This document shows, piece after piece, positions 1 through 13,103 of a DNA stretch of 64,000 nucleotides. The translations under genes and the position numbers were made by a program. How positions within the stretch are numbered: the first letter of the stretch is position 1; each line of letters begins with the position of its first letter. This stretch comes from Escherichia phage vB_Eco_NR1, in the sequence record LR990704; one strand, written 5' to 3'. Under the pieces are notes generated by a model. That model did not search any database, had not been told where the DNA came from, and saw only the letters and a program-made list of their open reading frames with translations.

Positions 1-111
1 ACGAACCGATGTTTCAGGAAATCGTTCAGAAACCTTATTTACCAATTCCTGCGCAAATAGTTTAACTTTTTCTTGGAATTCTTTAACAGTAATTGGTTTT
101 TCACTTAGCAT
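1..111 (-). CDS. hypothetical protein, partial (N-terminal 37 codons; C-terminus lies beyond window start)
   Basis: ATG at 111..109 preceded by GAGGAAA SD; open frame runs to position 1 (MLSEKPITVKEFQEKVKLFAQELVNKVSERFPETSVR); not in ORF track because under 60 aa within window. Confidence 0.4.
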   Translation of the reverse strand, partial: MLSEKPITVKEFQEKVKLFAQELVNKVSERFPETSVR

Positions 112-134
112 TTTGTTTTCCTCATTTGTTTTGG

Positions 135-180
135 TAGAGCTATAATATCACAACTCTACCATAAAGTAAACTGTTAAATT
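135..180 (-). promoter_or_regulatory. early (sigma-70) promoter
   Basis: minus strand GTTTAC, 17 nt, ATATTAT. Confidence 0.45.
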
Positions 181-479
181 GCCTTGAATTCTGATGTCTG
201 TGATTCAAAACGAATATCGCCTTTGATGACTAGCTCAGCATCAAGACCAAATACGACAATGATATGCGCGGAACCTGGATACAACGTAATGGCAATAGAA
301 TCCACCTGGTCTGGAAGCAAAGTGTTCAATACATGAGTCACTTGAGCATGGATTCGAAGCTCGGCTGCGTTATCAAGCTTTTCAAACATATTATTAGCGA
401 TAATTTGACTAAACACTACTTCTACGATTTTAGAATAAGTCGGAAACATATTTACCTCACATAATTTTCTTCGAGCCAA
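174..479 (-). CDS. hypothetical protein (101 aa), T4 cd-pseT region small ORF
   Basis: ORF track; same strand and tight packing with pseT operon. Confidence 0.6.
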   Translation of the reverse strand: MARRKLCEVNMFPTYSKIVEVVFSQIIANNMFEKLDNAAELRIHAQVTHVLNTLLPDQVDSIAITLYPGSAHIIVVFGLDAELVIKGDIRFESQTSEFKAI

Positions 480-513
480 TTAATAATATCCCAAGTTTCA
501 TGATGCCACGCCA

Positions 514-1739
<1,226 letters not shown>

Positions 1740-1973
1740 TTATTTTTTCTCAACTAATGATTGAATATAATCATGTAGGTCTTTAGATGCTTTACCCCAC
1801 TTATTTTGATATTCATTTTTGAGATTAGCACGTGATTGAGCTAATAAAACATCATTAGTTGGAGGTAAAGATTCTAATCGTTGAATCTGACGTCCATAAA
1901 TCATTGCTGCCATCTCGGATTCATAAATCAATCCTTTGAGATGTTCAAATTGATGCCATGAAATCATTTGCAT
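1740..1973 (-). CDS. hypothetical protein (77 aa)
   Basis: ORF track; contiguous with neighbours on minus strand. Confidence 0.6.
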   Translation of the reverse strand: MQMISWHQFEHLKGLIYESEMAAMIYGRQIQRLESLPPTNDVLLAQSRANLKNEYQNKWGKASKDLHDYIQSLVEKK

Positions 1974-2263
1974 TTATCCTCTTTTAACTCTTGACGATAA
2001 TAACATATCATAGTTTTCTGATCATGTACATATCGTTTTACATCATTAAGCCAAATACGAAATTCCTGAGAATCTTCAAATGGCATACCGACCCAAGCTT
2101 TACCATCAATAACTTTAACTTGCCAAGATAGTTTAGCTTCGTCATATGACTTTATTTGCACAGGCCAATTAGGATGAACTGTTTCTTTCTTTACTTCTAG
2201 AGGCTTTGTAGAACAACCAACTAGAAGACCAATAGATAATATTACTGCTGATAGTTTAATCAT
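1964..2263 (-). CDS. putative lipoprotein (99 aa)
   Basis: N-terminal signal peptide with lipobox LLVGC (MIKLSAVILSIGLLVGCSTK). Confidence 0.65.
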   Translation of the reverse strand: MIKLSAVILSIGLLVGCSTKPLEVKKETVHPNWPVQIKSYDEAKLSWQVKVIDGKAWVGMPFEDSQEFRIWLNDVKRYVHDQKTMICYYRQELKEDKCK

Positions 2264-2613
2264 TTAGAAAGGTCCTGGATGTCTTCTGCGAACTTGTTGA
2301 AGGAATTGTTGATTTGTTTTTCAACCAATCCTGGCTTACGAGCCACCACATCCGCCTTCTTTGCGTCTTTGCGCAGCTTTTCATTTTCACGCTCAATAGC
2401 AGCAATTGCCTCACGATTTTTAGTATTCATCGCATCAATATAATTATACTGAATTCGCAAATTATTTAATGCTAAAGCGTTTTCATTGGCTGTTTTTGTA
2501 ATTTCAGTAACTGATGTTTCTAATCTTTCTACCTTATTTTTTAAAATAATAGATGTTCCGCCAAATGCTATTACAAGTAATAGCAATCCAGCTGTTGTAT
2601 TACTTAATTGCAT
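2260..2613 (-). CDS. hypothetical membrane-anchored coiled-coil protein (117 aa)
   Basis: N-terminal hydrophobic helix (AGLLLLVIAFGGTSIIL) followed by charged helical region. Confidence 0.6.
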   Translation of the reverse strand: MQLSNTTAGLLLLVIAFGGTSIILKNKVERLETSVTEITKTANENALALNNLRIQYNYIDAMNTKNREAIAAIERENEKLRKDAKKADVVARKPGLVEKQINNSFNKFAEDIQDLSK

Positions 2614-3110
2614 AAAGTTTTAATAACCTCTATAATATCGTCTTGAGAAAGACCGTTAATTAAAATATGATGTTCAGCCGGAGATTTAGAAATTTTAAAG
2701 CATGCCTCAACATCTTCTGCCATATCCGATGCACTACGATTTGGATTACTAATTCCAAGACGATGCTTTCCAGTCAAAGGATTAACGATGATATAGCATT
2801 TGCAGCTATTGATATGAACATTAGGCTGAGTCTGATTAATGAACACTTCGCAATCATACTTAGCGAGTTGATTTTCTAAAAAGACTTTCATCTCTTCAAC
2901 CGCATCAGGAAGCATATCACGGGCTTGCTCAAGACGACGATTTCGATATTCTTTAATGGTCGTTTTCCGCTTGACTTGCTTAGCTAAATCTTTCTTAAGA
3001 TCGGTGATATATCCAACTCGACGATTTCCTTTGAATACAGAAATCCCATCTGTAGTATCACCGTATGCTTCAACGACCATTTCAGTAGTAATAAGTTGTA
3101 AATCCATCAT
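2604..3110 (-). CDS. alc: Alc, inhibitor of host transcription elongation on cytosine-containing DNA
   Basis: 168-aa ORF (T4 Alc 167 aa); position between pseT cluster and rnlA as in T4; sequence matches recalled T4 Alc. Confidence 0.85.
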   Translation of the reverse strand: MMDLQLITTEMVVEAYGDTTDGISVFKGNRRVGYITDLKKDLAKQVKRKTTIKEYRNRRLEQARDMLPDAVEEMKVFLENQLAKYDCEVFINQTQPNVHINSCKCYIIVNPLTGKHRLGISNPNRSASDMAEDVEACFKISKSPAEHHILINGLSQDDIIEVIKTLCN

Positions 3111-3171
3111 AAAGTCCTCATGTTATGTCAGTAAGACTACTGTAACACAACACGAGGGACTTGTAAACAGC

Positions 3172-4759
<1,588 letters not shown>

Positions 4760-4786
4760 AATAAAATGGGCCTTGCGGCCCACTCC

Positions 4787-5965
4787 TTAAAAGTATTTTT
4801 TAAAACTCATCATAACTTTATCATCAACATCATTATCAATCTGTGCAACAAGGTAAGATGACAGTTCTACTTCTTGTGGCGCGGATTGAACATTATCAGA
4901 ATTAAGATATTCACGAATCCAAGGATATGGATGTTTAACCGGAGCATCGGTAATCGGGCATGGAAGACCACACTGTTTCATACGAGATACAGTTAAGTAA
5001 TCAATAAAGCTCCACATGCTATTTGTATTTAATCCAGGAACATCGCCATCTTTAAATAAATGAACTGCCCAATCTTTTTCTTGGCGGTTAACTTCCATGA
5101 AAATATCAACTGCTTCTTGTTCACACTCTTGAGCAATTTTAACCCATTGATCGCCATCAGTACCAGATTGAAGTTGACGAATAATATATTGGGTGCCTTT
5201 AAGGTGAAGCTGTTCATCGCGTGCAATGAACTTCATAATCTTGGCATTACCTTCCATGATTTCCATGTTCTTATGGAAGTTAAAGGTACATGCGAAAGAT
5301 ACATAAAAACGAATAGCTTCCAATGCGTTAATTACATGCAAACAGAGGTAAAGAGATTTCATTAGCTCACGCTTCCAATATGTCTCATGCTCAATAGCAT
5401 CTTCAATAACGTCTTCGTCTGCATTAATTTCTTTTTGGTATTCGATATCAGCTTTAGCGTTTTCCCAATAACGAGTTTTAATCAGAACATCATCATAATA
5501 ACGTCCAATGGATTCAGCACGTTTCATAATAGCTTCATCTAATACAATTTCATCAAATACCTTCGATGGATCAGTATAAAGATTTCGCATGATATGTGTA
5601 TATGAACGGCTGTGAATAGTTTCACTAAAAGTCCATGTAGCAACCCATGTATCAAGGCTTGGGTCTGAAATTAATGACATAAGTACAGCAGATGGCGCAC
5701 GACCCTGAATGCTATCCAAAAGTGATTGATACTTCAGGTTATTAGTAAAAATATTTTGCTGATACTGAGGAAGCTTGTTAAATTGTGCAGCATCCATCAT
5801 TAAGTTTACTTCTTCAGGACGCCAGAAAAATGACAATTGCTTTTCGGTTAAATCTTCAAAAACTTTATGGCGTTGAATATCATAACGCGCAATACCAAGA
5901 CCTGAACCGAAGAACATAGGTTCTTTTAAAACATCAACTGGATTTGTATTAAAAACTGTAGACAT
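4787..5965 (-). CDS. nrdB: ribonucleotide reductase class Ia small (beta) subunit
   Basis: 392 aa continuous ORF; di-iron R2 fold motifs; no intron or I-TevIII-like ORF interrupts it. Confidence 0.95.
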   Translation of the reverse strand: MSTVFNTNPVDVLKEPMFFGSGLGIARYDIQRHKVFEDLTEKQLSFFWRPEEVNLMMDAAQFNKLPQYQQNIFTNNLKYQSLLDSIQGRAPSAVLMSLISDPSLDTWVATWTFSETIHSRSYTHIMRNLYTDPSKVFDEIVLDEAIMKRAESIGRYYDDVLIKTRYWENAKADIEYQKEINADEDVIEDAIEHETYWKRELMKSLYLCLHVINALEAIRFYVSFACTFNFHKNMEIMEGNAKIMKFIARDEQLHLKGTQYIIRQLQSGTDGDQWVKIAQECEQEAVDIFMEVNRQEKDWAVHLFKDGDVPGLNTNSMWSFIDYLTVSRMKQCGLPCPITDAPVKHPYPWIREYLNSDNVQSAPQEVELSSYLVAQIDNDVDDKVMMSFKKYF

Positions 5966-5999
5966 ATTATTCTCGCTTATTATGGTTTAAATTATTTAA

Positions 6000-6791
6000 T
6001 CACATATTGTGTATAAGCACTTCGGTCTGAAATGATGCACCCTTCTTTTGCTTCCTATACATGGTTTCAAAATATTCAATTTTGAAATTATTAGAAAGGG
6101 CCCAATCTTTTAAAATATAATTATTAATATCGTCTGATAGATTATTAGTGATAATAAATTTAGACTTCGATTGTTTAATTTTGTCTAATAATTCTAATTC
6201 ATCCTTTTCTTCCCAGCCTGAATATTTAAATTTAGTAGAAAGATACGGCGGGTCAATGAATAAATTTTTGTTTTCAAAATCCAAATCTCTGAATGATTTA
6301 TTACTAAATGTAAATCGGTGCTGTCTATTTTTAAATTCAGAAAATTTATCCTGCTGAGACTTATTAAAAGAAGTTCTGGAATACTTGGCTCTATTGGCGA
6401 AAGCCGCGTTATAATTCCCATTACTAGAAAATCGGATTAACGAACTGAATGAAAATAAATGTAGAACATAAAGATATAATCCGTTTTTGGTTTTATCGTA
6501 TTCTTTTGACAGATTATAAAAAGGTGCTGAATCTTTGTCATTCAAATTAAAATCTTCAATAATTTTAACTATATCATTAATTGAAGATGATTTCATCTTT
6601 TTATACATGTCTATAAGAGGAGTATTAATATCATTACATATAACATCTCTCTGACAATTCATAGAAAATCCAAGACCACCACAAAAAGCATCCAAAACAG
6701 GCTTATCGTCAAAGCGGTTTGAAAATTGTCTAATAAATGGCATATACTTATGTTTTGCACCTGGATATGTTATGGCAGGTAGGTCTTTCAT
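6000..6791 (-). CDS. DNA N6-adenine methyltransferase, Dam family (divergent)
   Basis: 263 aa; motif I DAFCGGLGF and catalytic motif IV FIDPPYL in alpha-class order; N-terminal YPGAK and segment YVLHLFSFSSLIRFS resemble T4 Dam; very AT-rich coding sequence. Confidence 0.8.
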   Translation of the reverse strand: MKDLPAITYPGAKHKYMPFIRQFSNRFDDKPVLDAFCGGLGFSMNCQRDVICNDINTPLIDMYKKMKSSSINDIVKIIEDFNLNDKDSAPFYNLSKEYDKTKNGLYLYVLHLFSFSSLIRFSSNGNYNAAFANRAKYSRTSFNKSQQDKFSEFKNRQHRFTFSNKSFRDLDFENKNLFIDPPYLSTKFKYSGWEEKDELELLDKIKQSKSKFIITNNLSDDINNYILKDWALSNNFKIEYFETMYRKQKKGASFQTEVLIHNM

Positions 6792-6834
6792 ATTATTTCT
6801 CGTTGTTGGTGACTCGTCCGTGAGTCAAATTATA

Positions 6835-9099
6835 TCATAATTTACAGGATGAACAATCTTCAGCTTTTGGAGTTTCTATTTCATAATCATCAGTACCAGA
6901 ACCATCACGGGTATTATGATAATAGAAATTTTTTCCGCCAAAATACCAAAAGTACAAAAGGTCATCAATCATTACAGACATTGGAACCTTTCCTTTTGGA
7001 AAAATCTGCGGGTCATAATATGTATTTGCTGAAGCTGATTGACATACCCATTTAAGCATAATAGCTACCTGCGTAAGATAAGGTTTATTACCTTTCTTAG
7101 CTAATTTCCATGTATAATCATAGAGGTCTATGTTATGCTCAATATTGGGCACGACTTGATTAAAGGAGCCCTCTTTTGATTCTTTAACAGAGACTGGTCC
7201 ACGTGGAGGCTCGATACCGTTTGTACTGTTAGAAACTTGGGAAGATGACTCACATGGCATAAGTGCTGATAATGTGCTATTACGGATGCCAAAGAGCTTA
7301 AGGTCTTCCCGCAGCGACGACCAGTCACAAACGTATTTTGGAGCTGCGATTTGGTCAATCTTTTTATTGTACCAGTCGATAGGTAATTCGCCTCGAGACC
7401 AACGAGTGTCTGAATAATATTCGCAAGGTCCTTTTTCTTTGGCGAGCTTAATGGATGCTTTAATGAGTCCATACTGTAATCTCTCAAATAGTTCATGTGT
7501 TAAATCGTTAGCATCTTCATAAGAAGCAAAGTTACTTGCCAGCCAAGCTGCATAGTTAGTAACACCTACACCGAGGTTACGACGCTTTTTAGCTTTTTCT
7601 GCTTCAGGAACTGGATATCCTTGGTAATCCAAAAGATTATCAAGAGCACGAACTTGGACTTCTGCCAATTCATTAATTTTATCTTGGTCTTGCCAGTCAA
7701 AATTATCCAGTACGAATGCAGATAACGTACACAATCCAATTTCAGCATCAGGACTATTCACATCATTTGTTGGAATAGCAATTTCACAACACAAGTTACT
7801 CTGACGAATAGGTGCCTTTTCACGAATAAACGGAGTATAGTTATTCGTATTATCAATGAACTGTACATAAATCCTTGCTGTTCCTGAACGTTCAGTCATG
7901 AGCAATTCAAATAGTTCACGGGCTTTAATACGCTTTTTACGAATATTAGGGTCTTTTTCTGCTGCTTCGTATAATTCACGGAAACGGTCTTGGTCTTTAA
8001 AATAAGAATAATAAAGCTCTCCACCCATTTCATGTGGACTGAACAAAGTAATGTAATCGTTCTTTCCAAATCGTTCCATCATCAAATCATTCAGCTGAAC
8101 GCCATAATCCATATGACGAATGCGGTTTTCTTCTACGCCTTTGTTATTTTTCAAAACGAGAAGATTTTCAACTTCCAAATGCCAAATAGGATAATAAGCA
8201 GTAGCAGCGCCGCCACGAATTCCACCCTGTGAACATGATTTAACTGCAGTCTGAAAATGTTTCCAAAAAGGAATAACACCAGTATGACGTACTTCACCCA
8301 TGCCAATCTTAGAACCTTCAGCACGAATCATACCAACATTAATACCAATTCCAGCGCGTTTAGAGATATATTCAACAATTGAAGCGGAAGCCTTATTGAT
8401 AGACTTCAATGAATCACCTGCCTCAATAACAACACATGAACTAAACTGTCGAGTTGGAGTACGGCAACCAGCCATAATAGGAGTTGGCAATGAAATCTGT
8501 CGAGTAGATACTGCTTCATAAAAACGGATAACATGTTTTAATCTATCAACAGGTTCATCTTGATGCAGTGCCATTCCAATAGTCATAAATGCAAACTGCG
8601 GAGTTTCATAAATTTGACCAGTGGTTTTATCTTTAACTAGATATTTTTCTTTTAATTGCATCGCACCGGAATAAGTAAATTCCATATCCCGCTCGTGCTT
8701 AATTTTTGATTCTAAAAATGTAATTTCTTCTGCTGAATATTTTGACAATAATTCAGGGTCATATTTACCTGCATTTACACAGTAAGAAATATGGTCAATA
8801 AATGAACGCGGTTCATACTGCCCGTAAACATGCTTACGAAGAGCAAACATTAAACAGCGTGCAGCTACATATTGATAATCAGGCTCTTCAACCGAAATAG
8901 AATTCGCAGCAGCCTTAATTACAATAGTTTGAATGTCATCAGTGGTCATTCCATCACGGAGATATGATTTAATATTTTCATATAATTCATAAGGATCTAC
9001 AGATGTTCCTTCAGCTGCCCAAGATAAAACTTTAATAATTTTTTGTGGGTCAAAGCTCTGAGAAACACCACTACTTTTGATAACATTAATTAATTGCAT
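6835..9099 (-). CDS. nrdA: ribonucleotide reductase class Ia large (alpha) subunit
   Basis: 754 aa (T4 NrdA 754 aa); ATP-cone N-terminus, catalytic NxCxE (SNLCCEI) and C-terminal CSSCKL tail. Confidence 0.97.
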   Translation of the reverse strand: MQLINVIKSSGVSQSFDPQKIIKVLSWAAEGTSVDPYELYENIKSYLRDGMTTDDIQTIVIKAAANSISVEEPDYQYVAARCLMFALRKHVYGQYEPRSFIDHISYCVNAGKYDPELLSKYSAEEITFLESKIKHERDMEFTYSGAMQLKEKYLVKDKTTGQIYETPQFAFMTIGMALHQDEPVDRLKHVIRFYEAVSTRQISLPTPIMAGCRTPTRQFSSCVVIEAGDSLKSINKASASIVEYISKRAGIGINVGMIRAEGSKIGMGEVRHTGVIPFWKHFQTAVKSCSQGGIRGGAATAYYPIWHLEVENLLVLKNNKGVEENRIRHMDYGVQLNDLMMERFGKNDYITLFSPHEMGGELYYSYFKDQDRFRELYEAAEKDPNIRKKRIKARELFELLMTERSGTARIYVQFIDNTNNYTPFIREKAPIRQSNLCCEIAIPTNDVNSPDAEIGLCTLSAFVLDNFDWQDQDKINELAEVQVRALDNLLDYQGYPVPEAEKAKKRRNLGVGVTNYAAWLASNFASYEDANDLTHELFERLQYGLIKASIKLAKEKGPCEYYSDTRWSRGELPIDWYNKKIDQIAAPKYVCDWSSLREDLKLFGIRNSTLSALMPCESSSQVSNSTNGIEPPRGPVSVKESKEGSFNQVVPNIEHNIDLYDYTWKLAKKGNKPYLTQVAIMLKWVCQSASANTYYDPQIFPKGKVPMSVMIDDLLYFWYFGGKNFYYHNTRDGSGTDDYEIETPKAEDCSSCKL

Positions 9100-9416
9100 A
9101 AGTCCTCAACTTGAAAATCGTCTTTAAACAATCGGTTAACTATATGAGCTATTATATCACCATGACACGGCTTTGGTTTACATGTGCATCCTAGCCTCAT
9201 TCCACGTAAAGGCTCTAAATGTGCTTTAGTTATTTCTCCGGATTTAATTCGACGTATAAAATCTTTTTTGAATAATTCAATGGCAGCCTCCCGGCTGCCA
9301 GCATCTTTACCGACGTAATTTCCCCAAAATGTACCACGGTGAATATTAACATCAAAGTCGGATTTGTATTTATTCACTACCCGGCATAGACGGCCCACGC
9401 TGGAATAATTCGTCAT
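9090..9416 (-). CDS. DUF4326-like protein (108 aa); start uncertain
   Basis: motifs RVVN..KSDFDV..IHRG, WGN, and [13 protein letters not shown] resemble the DUF4326 family; ATG at 9416 lies 47 nt inside upstream ORF, GTG alternatives exist. Confidence 0.6.
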   Translation of the reverse strand: MTNYSSVGRLCRVVNKYKSDFDVNIHRGTFWGNYVGKDAGSREAAIELFKKDFIRRIKSGEITKAHLEPLRGMRLGCTCKPKPCHGDIIAHIVNRLFKDDFQVEDLCN

Positions 9417-9633
9417 ATTGTTTTTCCGTTAAAACAGTAATATCGTAGTAACAGTCAGAAGAAGTTTTAACTGTGGAAATTTTATTATCAAAATACTCAC
9501 GAGTCATTTTATGAGTATAATATTTTTTACCATAAATGATAATAGGCTGTTCTGGTCCTGGAACTTCTAACTCGCTTGGGTTAGGAAGTGTAAAAAGAAC
9601 AACGCCAGAAGTATCTTTAAATCGTAAAATCAT
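9370..9633 (-). CDS. hypothetical protein (87 aa), translationally coupled to td
   Basis: start ATG overlaps td stop as ATGA (aaa atg gca atATGAttttacg). Confidence 0.6.
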   Translation of the reverse strand: MILRFKDTSGVVLFTLPNPSELEVPGPEQPIIIYGKKYYTHKMTREYFDNKISTVKTSSDCYYDITVLTEKQYDELFQRGPSMPGSE

Positions 9634-10490
9634 ATTGCCATTTTCCCTTTAATTGCTGGATGCGATTCATAATTTTCAAGGATAAAATCTTTCGGTTTCA
9701 TGTATTCAGTTAACCAGTAAAGCTGTGTTTCGGTGTCACAATTTCCAAACTCTATAGGCCAATCAATTTTAAGTTCACATAGTTCTTTAGGCTCACGACG
9801 TAAAATTTCTTTACATTGCTCAGTATGATTCATATAGATGTGAGTATTACCACCAGAAAATATCAAATCTCCTGGGATAAGATTACACATCTTAGCCACA
9901 ATATGCGTCAAGGCAGCGTACGAGGCAATGTTGAATGGCAATCCCAAGAAAACATCTACACTTCTTTGGTACCATTGTAAATCAAGATAACCATTACGCA
10001 CATTAAACTGATAGAACATATGACAGGGCGGTAATGCCATTTGATTGATTTCAGCTGGATTCCATGCTGAAACGATTTGACGTCGATCAGTTGGTAATTT
10101 TTTAATACGATCAATAGTTTCAACTAATTGATCCACACCACCGAAATCACGCCATTGTTTACCGTATATAGGACCAAGTTCACCACTATGATATCCTAGG
10201 TCTTTAGCCTGGTTTTCATAGTTATCGTCCCAAATAGTTTTGCCTTGAATAAGACTACCATGAGTGCGAAGACGTAAATCATTAACATTGGTAGAACCGG
10301 AAATAAACCATAAAAGCTCAGCAATGCATGCATTCCAGGCGAGCTTCTTAGTTGTTACTGCAGGAAAACCTTTACTTAAATCCCAGCGTAATTTAGTACC
10401 GAACAAAGCAATTGTTCCTGTGCCCGTTCGGTCATCGGTTTCATAGCCATTTTCAAAAATGTCTTTAATTAAATCTTGGTATTGTTTCAT
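9630..10490 (-). CDS. td: thymidylate synthase (intron-free)
   Basis: 286 aa continuous ORF; ThyA motifs (catalytic PPCH in [11 protein letters not shown]); matches recalled T4 Td exon-joined length. Confidence 0.97.
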   Translation of the reverse strand: MKQYQDLIKDIFENGYETDDRTGTGTIALFGTKLRWDLSKGFPAVTTKKLAWNACIAELLWFISGSTNVNDLRLRTHGSLIQGKTIWDDNYENQAKDLGYHSGELGPIYGKQWRDFGGVDQLVETIDRIKKLPTDRRQIVSAWNPAEINQMALPPCHMFYQFNVRNGYLDLQWYQRSVDVFLGLPFNIASYAALTHIVAKMCNLIPGDLIFSGGNTHIYMNHTEQCKEILRREPKELCELKIDWPIEFGNCDTETQLYWLTEYMKPKDFILENYESHPAIKGKMAI

Positions 10491-10535
10491 TTAGTACCTT
10501 ATATAAATTATAATACATTTTATGAAGCTAAATAA

Positions 10536-10883
10536 TCAATACGGTTTAGCATCAAATTTTCTCTCAATTTCAGGCGTGAAATATAATTCTTTACCGCGTT
10601 TGGAAAAGCGACCAATAATATGATAATTATTCTCATCAAACGTGATATTACCAATATCCATAGCTTTCAACCAAATATCGATATTTCTATCCAACTTTAT
10701 GTCAAAATTCCAATACGGAGAACTATTACCGAAAATACTGCAAGCGGATTCAGTAAAACAACTACTATAAATCTTGTCTTTAGGAACTACTAATTGATAA
10801 ACGCCTTTAATAAACTGAGGACCCTGCCACTTTGGCTGTTTCTCATCTTTTTCTAATAGAATAGGGTAATAATTAAAATTCAT
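10536..10883 (-). CDS. hypothetical protein (115 aa) inserted between frd and td
   Basis: ORF track; fills the 412-bp frd-td interval; weak SD GGCGGAAAT upstream. Confidence 0.6.
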   Translation of the reverse strand: MNFNYYPILLEKDEKQPKWQGPQFIKGVYQLVVPKDKIYSSCFTESACSIFGNSSPYWNFDIKLDRNIDIWLKAMDIGNITFDENNYHIIGRFSKRGKELYFTPEIERKFDAKPY

Positions 10884-10902
10884 ATTTCCGCCACGCGTTA
10901 TT

Positions 10903-11729
<827 letters not shown>

Positions 11730-11739
11730 ATTATTTTCC

Positions 11740-11982
11740 TTAAACAGACTTTTTCACAATTTTCCAATCGGCTTTAAACTGCTCGACGTCAGAATGGTAA
11801 ATCCAAAATCCTGCGCTTTCACCGTCTTCATAAAGCGGACACCCATCACATTCATCTTCCCATCCCATGCCACGTAAAAGGTGTTCAGCTTTTTCAACAA
11901 GTTCAGAATCTTTACCGATGATATTAAAATACCATTTACCTCTAACTTCCGAATCTTTGATGCTCTGACGTTGTAATCTCAT
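11740..11982 (-). CDS. hypothetical protein (about 80 aa)
   Basis: ORF track 11740..12039; start moved to ATG 11982 with AAGGAG SD 7 nt upstream; upstream part overlaps an early promoter. Confidence 0.55.
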   Translation of the reverse strand: MRLQRQSIKDSEVRGKWYFNIIGKDSELVEKAEHLLRGMGWEDECDGCPLYEDGESAGFWIYHSDVEQFKADWKIVKKSV

Positions 11983-11994
11983 TTTATTCTCCTT

Positions 11995-12045
11995 AGTTGA
12001 TAAGGCTATAGTATCATTACCATAGCCCGTTGTAAACAATTATTT
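11995..12045 (-). promoter_or_regulatory. early promoter
   Basis: GTTTAC -35 and TGGTAATGATACTATA -10 region on minus strand. Confidence 0.5.
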
Positions 12046-12300
12046 TTGAATTTTATCGAGCCACTTACCAAGCTTAATCATTTCTTTAGTAGCCTTTTCC
12101 ATACTTCTGAACTTGACCAATAGAGGATAGGTATCGACACCCATAACTAAACTGGTTACAAGACTGTGTTCACCCACAAGCCATAACGAATACGTTTGAA
12201 TATCGAGCCCGTAATTTCTGTCTTTATGGACCCGTACACCCATCACTTCAAATTTCTCACTAGCTTTTTCTACCGCATCCAGGAAATCATCTTTAGTCAT
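12040..12300 (-). CDS. hypothetical protein (about 86 aa)
   Basis: ORF track 12040..12342; internal ATG 12300 (MTKDDF) abuts stop of upstream ORF and has AAGG SD. Confidence 0.55.
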   Translation of the reverse strand: MTKDDFLDAVEKASEKFEVMGVRVHKDRNYGLDIQTYSLWLVGEHSLVTSLVMGVDTYPLLVKFRSMEKATKEMIKLGKWLDKIQK

Positions 12301-12301
12301 A

Positions 12302-12682
12302 TTAGGCCTTAAAAGTTTTTCGCAAAAGTTCAATGATTTCATCTACATTGTTTTCATCTACAATGCAGTGAATTTTTGTTACGCCAGAAACCTTGTCTTT
12401 GACTTCATCTTCTTCAGAAGTCGGTTCTTTATACTCACGAAAACAATGAAATTCATCTTCGCAAATTTCTAAAAGTCTATCTTTGAGGTAAAAATGCTTT
12501 CCATTTGCGCATTCAATGTGTTTTACTGCTTTATATCCATTAGCGACGGAAACTTCTTTAACTTCAAACCATCCGCCATTATCTCGAATAGCTTTAACGA
12601 TTGATGAATTAGAACGTGGGCTATAATTAATAAATGTATCAATAAGTCTTGGAACAAGTTCATACTTTTTACCGGTATACAT
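12302..12682 (-). CDS. hypothetical protein (126 aa)
   Basis: ORF track; Cys/His-containing acidic protein. Confidence 0.6.
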   Translation of the reverse strand: MYTGKKYELVPRLIDTFINYSPRSNSSIVKAIRDNGGWFEVKEVSVANGYKAVKHIECANGKHFYLKDRLLEICEDEFHCFREYKEPTSEEDEVKDKVSGVTKIHCIVDENNVDEIIELLRKTFKA

Positions 12683-12726
12683 TACGGTTTCCTCATTTTA
12701 ATAGGGGCTTGATAGCCCCTTGATAA

Positions 12727-12957
12727 TTATTGTTCAATCAGTCCCATGTAAAATTCTGCGTCTTCAGAATCCATGCCATCACAATATTCATTAGCCATAA
12801 AGCGGGTAAGGTCTTCAAGAGGACCTTCAATGACAATAGAAAAATTGCAATAATTGGGATCATCGTGAATACTTGTGATACTAAGTTCAGGATAACGATT
12901 ACGAATAATTTCTTCGATATATTCAAAATCAACGATGTCAATATCAACTTTAGCCAT
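12727..12957 (-). CDS. hypothetical acidic protein (about 76 aa)
   Basis: ORF track 12727..13083 trimmed: upstream part runs through a terminator and a promoter; ATG 12957 (MAKVDIDIV) has AAAGAGGAAA SD. Confidence 0.6.
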   Translation of the reverse strand: MAKVDIDIVDFEYIEEIIRNRYPELSITSIHDDPNYCNFSIVIEGPLEDLTRFMANEYCDGMDSEDAEFYMGLIEQ

Positions 12958-12994
12958 ATTATTTTCCTCTTTAATCATCAGCAGTATTGCCGAT

Positions 12995-13050
12995 AGTTGT
13001 ATAGTACCATAGAAGGACAAGGATGTAAACCATTTTGTGAAAAAATTTTT
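12995..13050 (-). promoter_or_regulatory. early promoter downstream of gene 32 terminator
   Basis: minus strand GTTTAC, 18 nt, TACTAT with upstream A-rich UP element. Confidence 0.6.
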
Positions 13051-13053
13051 GAA

Positions 13054-13081
13054 ATAAAAAAAGGGGACCCTAGAGGTCCCC
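13054..13081 (-). terminator. rho-independent terminator downstream of gene 32
   Basis: minus strand GGGGACC-ucuag-GGUCCCC then U7. Confidence 0.75.
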
Positions 13082-13103
13082 AATTAATTAGTAATATAAT
13101 CTA

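Noticed and set aside
264-464. Short plus-strand ORFs overlapping minus-strand genes throughout the early regions (e.g. 264..464, 914..1306, 5060..5365, 39897..40307, 52499..52804)
   Set aside because: They lie antisense within well-supported T4-homologous genes, lack SD sequences and are typical spurious frames in AT-rich DNA.
9630-10490. Group I introns and intron-encoded homing endonucleases in td and nrdB
   Set aside because: Both genes are continuous full-length ORFs (286 and 392 aa); no interruption or extra ORF is present.
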